Shown here piece by piece: positions 14,009-28,119 of a stretch of 64,000 nucleotides of DNA. How positions within the stretch are numbered: the first letter of the stretch is position 1; every line of letters begins with the position of its first letter. The notes beneath the pieces were generated by a model. It was not told the origin of the DNA and did no database searches. It saw nothing but the letters and a program-made list of their open reading frames with translations. Made by a program: the position numbers and the translations under genes. Source of the DNA: Felis catus. Taxonomy: Eukaryota. Location of the stretch: positions 159,900,001 to 159,964,000 of the forward strand of contig NC_058368.1 in the NCBI RefSeq assembly GCF_018350175.1, written 5' to 3'.

Positions 14009-14246
14009 GGGGCGCCTGGGTGGCGCAGTCGGTTAAGCGACCGACTTCAGCCAGGTCACGATCTCGCGGTCTGTGAGTTCGAGTCCCGCGTCAGGCTCTG
14101 GGCTGATGGCTCAGACCCTGGAGCCTGTTTCCGATTCTGTGTCTCCCTCTCTCTCTGCCCCTCCCCCGTTCATGCTCTCTCTCTCTCTCTCTCTCTCTGT
14201 CCCAAAAATAAATAAAAAGTTGAAAAAAAATTTTTTTAATAAAAAA
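14009..14246 (+). mobile_element. Young SINEC_Fc-like element
   Basis: CpG-rich; TSD atatatatacatttctc. Confidence 0.95.
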
Positions 14247-14355
14247 ATATATATATACATTTCTCAAACCTCACCAAACTGCACAAGTACAGCACATGCA
14301 ATTTATGCAATTTGTTGTAGGTATATTATGCCTCAATAAAGGTGACTAAAAAAAG

Positions 14356-14357
<2 letters not shown>

Positions 14358-14404
<47 letters not shown>
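14358..14404. repeat. (CA)n microsatellite
   Basis: Uninterrupted CA run of about 23 units. Confidence 0.95.
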
Positions 14405-14405
<1 letters not shown>

Positions 14406-14635
14406 TTTGGAGTGCTTCTTCTTAGGATATAGTCATAAGAGAACATTCCTCCTATCCTAACAAGAAAACAATACAGTTAATCTAAAAATCACAGTTTTTA
14501 CTTGAATCCATTAGAGAGTAGAGGTCACCAGGCAACAGAGTGAGCTGAATTCTAAAAAGTGACAAGATTCTCCAAAGGGAGCTGATATAAATGAACTGTA
14601 TATTGACGTGCATAAAGCAATTAAGGATAAGTTAG

Positions 14636-14745
14636 AGGCATTTCACTGGCTCAGTCAGAAGAGCATGTGACTCTTGATTTTGGGTCATGAGCTCGAGTCC
14701 CATGTTGGGTGTAGAGACTACTTAAAAATAAACTTAAAAGAATAA
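14636..14745 (+). mobile_element. Short old Can-SINE
   Basis: ctggctcagtcagaagagcatgtgactcttgat...gggtgtagag. Confidence 0.75.
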
Positions 14746-14764
14746 ATCAGTTATTTTTTTCTTC

Positions 14765-14966
14765 ATGTTTTAAATGTTTATTATTGACAGAGAGAGAGTG
14801 TGTGTGTGAGAGCACACACATGAGGGAGGGACAGAGAGAGAAAGAGAAAGAGGGAGAGAATACAGTGCAGAGCCCGACACGGGGCTTGGTCTCATGACTG
14901 TGAGATCATGATCTGAGCCAAAATCAAGAGTCAGATACTTAATTAACTGAGCCACCCAAGCACCCC
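14765..14966 (-). mobile_element. Can-SINE
   Basis: ...actgagccacccaagcacccc end. Confidence 0.85.
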
Positions 14967-15354
14967 CAATCCATTAATTTTTAATGGATTCTTAAAGGCT
15001 GATTGTGGGCTAGTGCTGTGGTTTGCAAAAACAGAAAAAACAGAGGTACTACAGGAAATTTTAAATTTTTGAAGGAAACATATTGATAATGTCCATTTGT
15101 CCAAAACAACATTAACTATCCACTTGAGATAGTTCAGTTTCATCATTAGATCCCACTACATTACAAAGTTGTTTTTTGATGGTTTCTTTCATAAGAATCA
15201 AGTATTATGAGAAAATCAATGTAGAATAGGTAATGAAGGTGGCAGATTCCAATCTGATTCCATGATTTAGGAAGTTGTACAACAGGTGCACATATTTCAA
15301 GAATAAGTACTTGTGGTTATATTAACAATGCAAAAGATATCATTTTTTTTTCTT

Positions 15355-17600
15355 TTAACACTCAGAAAATTAAGATTAGAAGGGAATCTCCTTGACAAGA
15401 TAAAGGTCACATACAAAAAAACTATGGCTAATACCATACTCATTGGCGAAAAGAAATGAATTCACCCCAGATGGGAATAAGGCAATTCTTATAATAAGAT
15501 ACCTATTCTTACAGACAGTATAACAGAGGTCCTAGGAAGTACATTAAGGCAAAAACAAAAGGTATAAAAGATTGTGAAGATACAAATAAAACTTTTCAGA
15601 GAAGACTGATGTAGAAAATCTTAAAGCACTTGGAAGTAGCTATTTTAACTAATTGTTGAGTGTAGCAAAGTCCACAGGAAAAAGGTTGAGTCCAAAAATC
15701 AATACAGACTAAAAAATGGAAATAAAAAAGCATTTTAAGGGGGTAAATATAACAACATATGTGCAAGATTTATACACTGAAAAATCACAATGTTGAGCAA
15801 AATTAAAGACCTAAATAATGGAGATAAACACTGTGTTCCAAAGTCAGCTGTCTCAATCTTGTTAAAGTGACAATATTCCCCAAATTGATTATAGGTTCAA
15901 TATAATTTCAATCAAAATCCAGCAGGCTTTTGGTAGAAATTTACAATTTGATTCTAAAATGTATGTGGAAAAGCCAAGGAATTTGGAAGGCCATACAATT
16001 GTGAAAAATAATAAAATTTAGAACTTAGACTACCTGATTTCATAATTTACGAATTCAAGTGCAGTAATCAAGATGTGTTATTGGCATAAACAAATATAAA
16101 TTAAGACAGAATAGGCAGCCCAGAAAGAGGCCCAGCCATATACGAACAATTGATTTTCAATAAGGTAACATAGAAATTCAGTGGAAAGTGATAGTCTTTT
16201 CAACAAATGGTGTTGGAAAAATTAGATATGCATATCCAAAAAACAAAGTCAAAAACTAAAAACCAACCCCCCCCCCACCCCAACGCTTGGTTCATACCCC
16301 ACACTACATACAAAAATCAACTTGAAATGGTTCATAGACTTAATGCAATTCCTAAAGGTATAATAATCCTTTTAAAGGAAAACATAGGAGGGACATCTGG
16401 GTGGTTCAGTCAGTTAAGCATCCGACTTCAGCTCAGCTCATGATCTCTTGTTGTGAACTCGAGCCCCATATTAGGCTCTGTGCTGACAGCTCAGAGCCTG
16501 GAGCCTGCTTCGGATTCTGTCTTCCTCTCTCTCTGCCCTTCCCCTGCTCATGCTCTCTCTCTCTCTCTCTCCAAAATATTAAAAAAAAAATTTTTAATAA
16601 AACATAGGAGAAAAATCTTTGTGATCTTGAGTTAGGCAAAGATTTCTACACACAAAGAAGGAACCATCCATAGTAGAAATAAAATGGAAACACTGGGATT
16701 TTATCAAAATTTTTTAAATTCTCCATTTCAAAAGATACTGTTAAGAAAAAGATAAGCCATAGACTAGTTTATCTAAACTCATATCATAGTTTATCTGATA
16801 CATGAATTTTATCAACAAATCTACTCTGTAAAATTAAAAAAAAAATTGAATACTAGAAATAAGAATGGCAAGTAAACACATTAAAAGATGTTGAATACCA
16901 GTAGTCACTAGGGAAATACAAATTAAGTGTTATCACTACCCACCTATCAGAATGGTTACATGAAAAATTAAACCCTACAATACAAAATGCTCTCACATGG
17001 TTGAAGAGTAACAAGAATTCTCATCTATAGCTGGTGGGAACATAAAATGGTATATCCACTTTGGAAAATAGTTTGGCAGTTTTTTACAAAGTAAAACATA
17101 TACTTTAACATACAATCTAGAAATCCCACTCCAAAGCACTTCCCCCCAAATTTAGAATATGTACCCAGAGACTTGTATGTGAAAGTTTACAACATCTTTA
17201 AACAAAATGGCCAAATAACTGGAAACCCAGTTGGTGAATGGATAAACAAATTGTAAACACTCAATACAAAGAATATCACTCCATAATGAAAAGTAACGAG
17301 CCACTGATAAATGCAAAAACACAGATGAATCTCAAAAACATTATACTAAATGAAAGGCTGGCTCAAAGCCAATATTTTGTATGATTCCTTTAAATAACAT
17401 GAAAAAGTAAACACTATAGGGACAAATCAGTGGTTGCCAGGGACTAGATGTGGGGAAATCAGCATGTGATTACTTTTTGGGGGTGATGGAAAGGTTTTAG
17501 ATCTTAAATATGTTGGTGGTTGAACAATATGTCAAAGCTTATTACAATGCACACCTAAAAAGGATGAATTTACCTTATATAAACATGATCTAAAGTTTTT
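15355..17600 (+). mobile_element. Ancient L1M (L1MB/MC-like) ORF2 3' half and 3'UTR
   Basis: Degenerate RT and C-terminal motifs; 3'UTR cagtggttgccaggg...ggggtgatggaa. Confidence 0.7.
16390..16598 (+). mobile_element. Can-SINE within old L1
   Basis: TSD aaacataggag. Confidence 0.9.
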
Positions 17601-18687
17601 TAATGGGAAAAAAAAACATAAAAAACCAGAGAGATGTTTTTTCTATTTCACTTTAAAAACATTGGAAATGCAACATATTTCTCTTGTATTATGGTGCCTT
17701 TACAAGTTGTGTTCTTTCCTTATGAGTAGAAAAAGACAATCTATCATGCCACCTAGAAACATGTCCTATCAAAAGATAAAGACAAATCAAAATGTTTTAT
17801 ATTTTCCTAACATACATCTCTGAATCTCTCTCCACAAAGTATCATATTTCTTAAATAGCGATAAGTTACAAAAACTAGTTTTTCATCACATAAGTGTTTT
17901 AATTATAACAGGAGAATTAACCTCTGTATTATTCAAGTCAACAGAATAAATATTAAAATTCTTACAATCCTATTACTTGAGGCCTTTCTCTGCCTATTTT
18001 AATTTCTAGACATGAGACTTGGGTGTTTCTCTATGTTTCAGGTGATTTTTATTAGTTGAGTTAAAAAACAAGATAGCAAAAGACTCTAGTTATATAATGA
18101 TAAGTGATACAAATGTCTCCAAAAACATTAACAGATCAGGTAACAATGGAAAGACAAAAAGTTTAATAATGCTGGCCACTTATGGGACATAGCATTTCTG
18201 GGAAAGAACCAAAATAATGGAAAAAAATACAATTGATATGTTGAGACACTGTTTAAAGTGCTAGAGGATACAGTGGTGAACAAGATAAGGTCCCTCCCCT
18301 AATGAAACTTACATGTTAGTAAGGAGGGAATGACAAATCAAAAAAAAAAAAAAAAAAAAATGAAGTCAAGTAATAGTGAGTGCTAGAAGAAAAAGCAAGA
18401 GAAGGGATACAAAAATGGTAGGGGCATGTTTACCAGTTTAGAGACTTGATGGGACTCATTCAAGTGAGGGAACAAGCTTTGTACAAATCAGGGATAAAGG
18501 CTTTCTTGACAGAGGAAACAGCGAAACAAAGATCCATATGTATTCTTTGGTGCATTTTAAGAGGGTAGTGTGAGTGAGGCAGAAAAAATAGAAAAAAAAA
18601 AAACAGGGATAAAGCGCCATAGATTACAAAAGTTGTGAATGCTGAGTTTACTCCCTTATCAAAAATTATGGAACACTGGCAGTTCTT

Positions 18688-18891
18688 AAAAAAAATTTTT
18701 TTAATGTTTATTTTAGAGAGAGCACAAGCATAAGAGGAGCAGAGAGAGGGAGACACAGAATTGGAAGCAGGCTCAGGCTCCAGGCTCTGAGCTGTCAGCA
18801 CCAAGCCTGACACAGCGCTCAAACTCACAAGACATGAGATCATGACCTAATCAAAGTCAGACGCCCAACCAACTGAGCCACCCAAGCACCC
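18688..18891 (-). mobile_element. Can-SINE
   Basis: ccaggctctgagctgtcagcac core. Confidence 0.9.
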
Positions 18892-18966
18892 TGCCAGTTT
18901 TTTTTTTTTAATGTCATTGGTGGAGAAGAGTCTGGTTTTCTGTATTTTAATGGTAGATATCTATTA

Positions 18967-19148
18967 GGGGCATCTGCGTGGCTCAGTTGGTTGAGCATCC
19001 GACTCTTGATTTAGGCTCAGGTCATGATCCCAGGTGTGTGGGATCAAGCCCCAGTAGGGCTTAGCCTGGAGTCTGCTTAAGATTCTATTTCCCTCTGACC
19101 CACTCCCTTGCTCCTGCTCTCTAAAATGAGTAAAAATAAAGAAAAAGA
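18967..19148 (+). mobile_element. Older Can-SINE
   Basis: TSD gtagataYctatta. Confidence 0.85.
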
Positions 19149-19744
19149 GTAGATACCTATTAGATATCTAAGTGGAGACGAGTTCAGGAGAATGGCTGAA
19201 GCTGAAGAGACCAAGCAGAGAAATGGAAAGAGAAGGAAAAATAGTAAAGTTGTTAAGACAGAGGACAGAAATCAAAAATATTGTGATAGTGATACCAGGT
19301 TTCCAGAAAATAGAAAGAACTGGTCAAGGGACAAGACTTGAACAAAAATAAATAAATAAACAAAACCACACCCAGACTCAGCAGAGTGAAATTGAAGAAC
19401 AGAGACAAAGCAAAGTTTTGAAAGGTAGTAACAGGAAAAAACAATGAGTGCCAGGTTAATTCCACAGCTCATCTACAGACTGGAAACCTAATAGTAGCCT
19501 ACAGTAATAAAATTAAAATGCAATTCCCACTTCTGCCAGATAATGTAAATCAACGCATCAATGCAATCATCCTAGCTCATTTAACAGAAGCATTATGAGC
19601 TCAGGTTTTGTTTTGAGGCTATTTATACCTTTTCAACTTAATATTTAGATCCAGACTCAAATGTAGACTGGGACATAGAATTAAAAGCATCTTACTCATT
19701 TTTCAGTTTGAACTACCAATCTTGTCTCAAATAAAGGTTGGTTA

Positions 19745-19947
19745 TGTTTTTGTAATGTTTATTTGTTTTGGGGAGCGAGAGTACATGCAGGAGCAGGGGA
19801 AGGGCAGAGACAGGGCAGACAGAGGATCCTAAGCAGGCTCCATGCTGACAGCATAGAAGCTGATGTGGGGCTCAAACACAAGAACTATGAGACCATGACC
19901 TGAGCCAAAGTCTGATGCTTGACTGACTGAGCCACTCAGGCACCCCC
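19745..19947 (-). mobile_element. Can-SINE
   Basis: Reverse-complement head and CT tract. Confidence 0.85.
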
Positions 19948-21113
19948 AGTTTTGTTTTTGTTTTTTAACTGAAGGCCAAGATGGCAATAGCCTTTTAAGA
20001 TAGAAAATGTGGCACATAAAGATCCATTGAAGAATTTGTATAGATACTTGGAAACAGTCTGGAAAGTATTTTTTAATCCTACTTTACCAAGTAATCTTAT
20101 CTTTCATTCTTTAACATAGCTAATATTCCTATCCTTAGGTCTTTCTTTATAAAAGAATCCCAAGATTTCCTAATAAAATCAGTCTATTAGGTTCTTGGAG
20201 AAAAAAAAAAAAAAAAAAGAAAAATATTAGCATAAAGAATCTATAAAATTACTCACTACAGTCATTGTCAGGAGAAAATATAATTTCAATTGAATTGTTT
20301 GTTTTAAATGTCTAAAATGAGAAGATGAGAATTTTAACACAGAAATTCTGACATTGTCAAGATATTTTTGTTGTACTATTACCTAGTTGCCTCCCCTTAA
20401 ACATGCTCATAAATCTTGCATAAGGTGCTGCAACATATGTAATAGTTTTATCTGTACTTTTAAATCGAATCTTAAACTTAAGCAATGGGTTTGATAGTTG
20501 TTTATATTAATATGTTAGACATCAATTTAGAAACACTTAAAAATATTATTCCATTATTTGCTAAGTAATGAACTACTCAAAGTTTTAATAATTAAGCCAC
20601 ATTTACGAGTTCACATTAAAATTTCAGACGAAGCAGGGTAAGTCTAAATGAAGCCCGTATTTAAAAACTAGTTGCTTTTCCAACCCCCTCCCTTTCAAAT
20701 CACCACAGCCCTTGACAATAAATATCACAACTATAAACCTACATTATTATTTATGGCTTAAAGATCATTGTCTAGTCAGAAACAGAGTAACGAAGATAGG
20801 AATTATGCCATTTATACCACTGTATAGTCTTCATAAATCTCAAGAAAGTGAAATCAGTGTATCTATACAACCCTTTCACAATTTAACTACAAAAATGAAT
20901 TACAGAAATTATCGTTATTTGTAATCTACCATGTCTTATGCAACTTCTATAAAAATTTCAGTTTTATTAAGCCACTCACTCTGAAATTAGTGAACAAATC
21001 ATTCACACTCCAGTTTTCCACAGCTTTCCAGTCTAAAATTATTTTCTAACATACCCTGAACAAAGAATACTTTCTTTATAAGCAAACAGGCCATTGCTTT
21101 TAATAAGAAATCA

Positions 21114-21119
21114 TTTATT
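21114..21119 (-). terminator. Candidate distal poly(A) signal AATAAA
   Basis: Plus-strand tttatt; UGUA about 30 nt upstream, U/GU-rich downstream. Confidence 0.6.
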
Positions 21120-22388
21120 GTATATTATTAAAGTGGAGGGTTAATTGGTACAGTACTATGCATAATCTCTCACCCTTAAAAATTTAAACACAAATGGATA
21201 TAAATAGCAAAGCAGAATGAGCATGTAATAGACAAAATTTAAGCATATTTTATAGAGAATGTTCCCTGTTATATCTATGTACCAATGTTCTTCTCCATTG
21301 TGTCTTAGTAAGTTTATGGCTTGTTCCTCTTCTACATGATTGCTGACTTTTTACAAATAATGAACATATTTTCCATCAATTAATGTTACATACAGTTTTA
21401 GGTTTTCCATTCAACTCAGCTAATTAGGTGATTGATCTATTCAGCTAAATATGGCATTGTTAAGAAAGAGCCCATTCCATTGCCTCAAAAAATGTAATAT
21501 TGTTCTTCTATGATATTTTGTATAATAGGATATAATGCAAATATCCCAGCTACAAAGTGATGAATTAAAAATGCAACCCTGATCTTTTTACTATGTCAAT
21601 ATTATAACTTCGTTAAGCATTATCTTGTTGTGTTAAATGCTATCTTGTGGAATAATCATTTACATTAAATGTGGAAAAAGTGGAAAAGCTTAAAAATGTG
21701 TACCGGCACTATGTTTTATCACTTTTAAATTTAATTATAAATTGACATTTAAAAATTGAGTTAGTGTTCCTATGTTATCTGATATGCCAGGAAAAAACAG
21801 ATTATCGTCCTTCAGGTAACTAAAAGAGGGATCACCAAAAAAAAAAAAAAAAAAAAGGAAAGCTTTGTTCACATAAAATTTTAGACTTTAATGGAGAAAA
21901 TTAAAATGTTTAAAAAAAATACATCCATCTATGGACAAATTTCTGTAGATTATTCCCACAGTTAATCAACATGGGACACTTAAAGACTATTATAGGCATA
22001 TACCAATATACTTATATTTGTCAAAGTTAAGATTCAAATTTGTTACATCATAGCGCACATCCAAGAATGTGTCACATGTTCAAAAATCCCCACTGAATAT
22101 AACAAAATAAAAATCTGTGAATAAATATAAGGCATTCTGAAATAAAATCTGCAGGAAACCAACAAAGATTTCTATGATCTAATTTTACTTCATAGATTCA
22201 TATAGTCTTTAAAATAGACTTAGTTTTGTAGTGCCACACACTTAATATTCAACTGCTTACCAAAATACCTTTTGCCTGGTAGCTAAACGTTACTACTTAA
22301 AAAAAAAAAAAAAAAAAAAAAATTAAGTGCTTGAGCGAGTAAGAATGCAGCAGAAAATTACAGGAGCCCACATATCCTTTTTCTTAAA

Positions 22389-22394
22389 TTTAAT
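22389..22394 (-). terminator. Candidate proximal poly(A) signal ATTAAA
   Basis: Plus-strand tttaat; UGUA upstream, GU-rich sequence and a long U tract downstream on the mRNA strand. Confidence 0.6.
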
Positions 22395-23568
22395 TTGTCA
22401 TATATAAGGTTTTTATATACAATCAGTGTGCATTGTAACAGTTTATATTAAAAGTCAATCAAGTTTATCTAAAATGTTACCTGGCTGCATAGCACATTTG
22501 ACATTATTGCCCACATGAAAAGGGAAAACAAATGGATTTTACAATAACTTTTGGCCATTTTGGATTCTGAAAAGTGTTCATACACCTACCCTTTTAAACC
22601 AAATGCATCTGAAAAAAATGTTTCCAGAGCATGCAGTTTAGATTTTACATATTATCTCACCATTTTGTTACTACAAACACAATATTTACTAAAAAAGAAA
22701 AAATGAAAGAAATAACATTTATCTAATAAAATAGTCAATATAAAAAGAGACTAATGGAATTAAGTGGCCCCTTTCCCCATTTTTTACATTCTAAACAATG
22801 ATTCCATCAAGACAAATCATTAAAAAGTGTTATTACACTGATAATTTTTTTTAAATGATAAGAAGGCCTGAGTTGGTAGGGAAAGGAACAGTCAAAAAAA
22901 GCCTGAGCAGGGAAAGGAAGTAAGGAAAGCTCATTTAATCCATTTACAATAATTTACAGCCATGTGTGTGTATGTGTAAAAAGGCATAATAACAGATCAC
23001 AAACAGGAAATTCCTGGCTATTTTACAGATATAAGTACAGAATTTAAATATTCAAGCTTGTGATGAAAAGCGGCAAGGTGGTCGCAGTGTACAATGTAAA
23101 CAAGTAGCTTTGGAAAGTGAACAAAGTCCTTGAGTGTTTTTTCTTTATTAAGAAAAGAACTCTCTTTCATTCCTTCCTGAAACATGATCACAGGTCAGAG
23201 TAAAGTTCATATACAAACATAATTTAAATGGAGGTCAGTCTAAAATCACTGACTTAAAAACAGTTTTATCCAGCCTATATGGAAGGGCAGTGTTGAGGTC
23301 CCTGTAATAGTAAACATTTTCCATTTCTTTAAAAAAGAAAAAAAAAAAGTACTACAGTATTTGTAGTACAGTGCAGCATAATCCTTAAATATAAAAATAT
23401 TTTCTCTTCTGTTGGGATAATAGACCTTGCATCCTGGAAAGAAGTAACAATACTGCTACTGATAGAAGATCTGTTTATATCTTTCAAGTCATGTAAGGCA
23501 ATTACTGTGTTGGTTTATGATATATGGCTAAAAGAAAAGTCCAGAAAGACAAAAAGTATCAGTTTTTG

Positions 23569-24006
<438 letters not shown>

Positions 24007-24184
24007 TTAAGGCATCCTTTTAAACTGTATAGAAGCTCTGTGTTTCACAACAAGACCTCCTCAGTGAGCTTAAGTCACTGGACCTGTCTCTGCATGCCTC
24101 TGTGGAAAAATCATTCAATTCACAAAACTAAAGTGAACCATACAGAGAACCTCAGATACCATCTAATTTTACATGCCCATTTTT

Positions 24185-24595
24185 AATTATTTACTTAATA
24201 TAATTTTATTTTTAATTAAACTATAATGGACATGCAGTATATTAGTTTCAGGTGTACAACATAGTGATATGAAATTATATACATCATGAAATGCTCACCA
24301 TGGTAAGTGTATAGTTACCATCTGTCACCATACAAAGTTATTACAATATTACTAAGCTGTACTTTATATCCCCATGACTTATTTTATAACTGAAAATCTG
24401 TACCTCTTAATCTCCTGTACCTATTTCACCCATCTCCCTGACTCCAATCCCCTCCCTCCTGGCAACACCAGTTTGTTCTCTTGTCTTTATGAGTCTTTTT
24501 TGCTTTTCTGTTTGTCCACTGTTTTTGTTTTTTATTCCAGATACAAGTGAAATTTTATGCTATTTGTCTTTCTCTAACTTATTTCAATTAGCTCG
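24185..24595 (-). mobile_element. L1MA9-like 3'-end fragment in the last CHD1 intron (sense to gene)
   Basis: L1MA-type 3'UTR; 13-bp TSD catgcccattttt at 24172 and 24596. Confidence 0.75.
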
Positions 24596-25679
24596 CATGC
24601 CCATTTTTCAACTGATTGTTACTTTTTATCCTATGGGACATTTGTATTAATGCATCTTAATTACCTGCAAGTGGGGGTTAGGATAACGATATAGAATACC
24701 CTTGAAATCAGAGCCTTTTATGAAACTCTAAGCAGAAAAAATAAAAACCTCTAAAATTCAGTCTATGAATTAATTTGTAGAAGAGAACTTTCACTGGTTG
24801 GGGAAAAGTCCTTGTTACAAAAAAAATATGAATTATGTTCTATAAGTCTGTGAAATTATAAATATTTACTGCTACAAACAGGACTTTGCATTTTGTGCCC
24901 TTTTCTAATTATAAGAGCCATTCTACAATTGATACTTATTATGTGACAGCACTTCTATCATAGAGAAGAAATGATTAAAGTAAGCACAACTAAAATGCAA
25001 AGAAAATCTACTAATTCCTCTATTTCTGATCTTTTTTTCTTCTCAGTTTTTTCTTTTGCTTTTCTTAATTATAACTAACTGATGAAAATACTCCTTTATG
25101 AAATAAAATGTATTCTGTTGTTATATTCAGATTGTTTAACTACTTAAAGGCTTCAAAAAACAATAAAACAATACTAAACAGAGAAAACTTCCTGATTTCA
25201 GGACTACCCCGGACTGCCATGATTAAGTTTATCCTCAGTAGGGTGTTTTCACATAAATTAATTTTTCCCCTAGGAGTTTTTTAGTGGAATGGAACACAGA
25301 ATTCTGCTCATCAAATTTCAGTCATATTCCATCAAGCTTTAATTTTACTCTGTTATTGTATTTTGAAGAGTATTTGAGCCAATGTCCTCTAAAACCAACA
25401 AAAATGAATCCTATGACTTATACAGAACTCCCTATACTTTCATCTCTTACTGCACACTTTGTAACTAAAAAAATTTTTGGAGAAATTCGGTTCTTAATAC
25501 TAACAAAAAGTACTCTATATCAGTTTTTTTTTTTTTTTTTAATTTGTAAACAAATTAATTTCACATAAGATCTGTTCTGATTACCTGAATAATGAATTGG
25601 CTGGTAAGGTCAAATAGAGTACATAAAGGTCAAAAAGAGAAGGACACAAATAAGCAAAACCGCAAAACCATCCAGTTTA

Positions 25680-25964
<285 letters not shown>

Positions 25965-26395
25965 CTAGATTATAAGAACTCTTATTTCAAATCCGGATAA
26001 ACAAAATCAGTTGCCAAATACTGTTAAAGACTTCAGAACTGGTCTATAAAGGCAGAGCTAAGTCTTATAAAGGGTTACTGTATTCTGAAGTGTGAAAAAC
26101 CACAACTGAAACAATTTGGAGACCATTTCCTTCTCAGACTATACTTTTGTGATTCTTGCACAGACAGAATACATTATATTCTAAATATTGTTTAAAAATA
26201 CATTCATTTTAACAATTATTCTATCATTTCTTGAAACTGGCAAAAAAGGTTGATTTATGGAAAGGTTAATAAGCTAAAGTTATTGTTTAAGATAAAAGGC
26301 TCAATATTAAAACCTGAGTATGTGTTATCTAAAACAAACCTGAAAGAGGAAAACAGTTTTTAAATTTACTTTCTAAAACAATTAGTAACACGTAC

Positions 26396-26447
26396 CTGGA
26401 TTTCTAATTACTTGAGCATTCAGGCTGCTGTTCTGGTCATTATTTTG
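26396..26447 (-). CDS. CHD1: CHD1 exon (52 nt): QNNDQNSSLNAQVIRNP
   Basis: ttttag|CAA; CAG|gtacgt; needed for frame continuity. Confidence 0.93.
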
Positions 26448-26619
26448 CTAAAATAAATGCACATATGTAAGAATCTTTTAAGTGGCTTAAAATACCTTTA
26501 CAAAATAGGAAAAAGAAAAAAGACCCCAAAACGGAAATCCTGATGCTGAAAGAAGTTCTCATACACATGTATAAATGCATCACTTGCAGATTTTTTTTTT
26601 AAAACATAGACTGTCTTTC

Positions 26620-27380
26620 TTAAAAAATTCGACTTTGAAATAATTTTAGAGTTACAGAAAAGCTGCAAAAACAGTAAAGTTCCCATATGCCGTTTACCCA
26701 GCTTTTCCTAATGTTAACATCTCACATAACACCACAGTATGATAATCAAAACTAAGTGTTAACACTGGTACAATACTATGAAATGAACTAGAAACTGTGT
26801 TCAAATTTTTAACATTTTTCCACTAAGATCCCTTTCCTGTTCCAGGATCCAATCTGGAACTCCGTATTACATTTAGTTTTCTTATCTTCTTAGTTTCCTC
26901 TAATCTAATGAATAGCTTTTTACATTTTTTTGTCTTCAATGACCTTGACACTTTGGAAATGTAAGACAGTTATTTTGTAGAATACCTCTCTCAATTGGGG
27001 TTTGTCTGGTATTTTCACATGATCAAATTAAGGTAATACATTTTTGCCAAGAATTCCACAGAAGTGATATACCTTTCTTATTAGTGCACTATACTGATGG
27101 TTCATGATGTTGATAGGTCTTATTTTAGCTGATGTTACCCTTCACCATTTAAGATGGTGTACGCAGATTTCTCTTCTATAAAGTCATTATTTTTCTCTTT
27201 GTAATTAATAAACATCTTAGATGAGATACTTTTAGACAATGCCAATATCTTATTTTCTCACCCACTAATTTTAGTTTCCTCAGAACCTCTACCTGCAGCA
27301 ACTTTTATTGTGGTCTGACAGTGATTCTGTATTTCCTTTATTCCTCCTACATTTATTAATTGAATTATTCTACAAGAAAG
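26620..27380 (-). mobile_element. Ancient L1MC4/5-like 3'-end fragment
   Basis: gaaataattttagagttacagaaaagctgcaa...ttccaggatccaatc motifs. Confidence 0.6.
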
Positions 27381-27429
27381 AATGTCTCAGTTTTAATAAC
27401 ATAAATTAAAGGAAAAATATGATGCATCA

Positions 27430-27570
<141 letters not shown>

Positions 27571-27669
27571 TTAGCTTTTTCATGGAATCCTTATCCCCTA
27601 GGTAGAAACACATACACATATACTTAGCCTTCCATAGAACAAAGTCTAAAGAGATTATTTCTACAAACT

Positions 27670-27905
27670 GTAAGAGACTCTTAAATACAGAAAACAAACT
27701 GAGGGTTGATGGGGGCGGTGGTGTACGGAGGAGAGGGGAAAACGGGTGATGGGCATTGAGGAGGGCACTTACTGGGATGAGCAATGCGTTTTGTATGTGA
27801 AGTGATGAATCATGGGAATATATCCCCGAAACCAAGAGCACACTGTATACACTGTATGTTTAGCTAACTTGACAATAATTAAAAAAAAAATAAAAAAATA
27901 AACAA
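27670..27905 (+). mobile_element. Felid L1 3'-end fragment with A tail
   Basis: taagagactcttaaatacagaaaacaaactgaggg... similar to the 3'UTR at 52317. Confidence 0.8.
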
Positions 27906-27917
27906 ATAACTTTATAT

Positions 27918-28119
27918 GGAGGTGCCTGGGTGGCTCAGCTGTTTACACCTTTGACTTCGGCTCAGGTCATATCTCCAGTGTGGGCATTCGGGCCCCTCAT
28001 CGGGCTCTGTGCTGACAGCTCAGAACCTGGAGCCTATTTCAGATTCTGTGTCTCCCTCTCTCTGCCCCTTCCTGTTTGTGCTTTCTCTCTCAAAAATAAA
28101 TACATAAAAATAAAATAAA
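27918..28119 (+). mobile_element. Can-SINE
   Basis: TSD aactttatatgg. Confidence 0.9.

Larger units (their letters stand above)
12070..14345 (+). mobile_element. Ancient L1M ORF2 3' part/3'UTR, interrupted by SINEs and a short L1MC 3' piece
   Basis: Degenerate ORF2 C-terminal motifs (aatagaatagaa, gtcaactgatttt, aaactggatatccacatg, aaaatgggca). Confidence 0.65.
21100..23568 (-). other. CHD1: CHD1 3'UTR (AU-rich, no recognisable interspersed repeats)
   Basis: Follows the stop codon; poly(A) hexamers at 23144, 22389 and 21114; the end is inferred. Confidence 0.7.

Noticed and set aside
14009..14090. tRNA-like A/B boxes
   Set aside because: These are tRNA-derived SINE heads, not tRNA genes.
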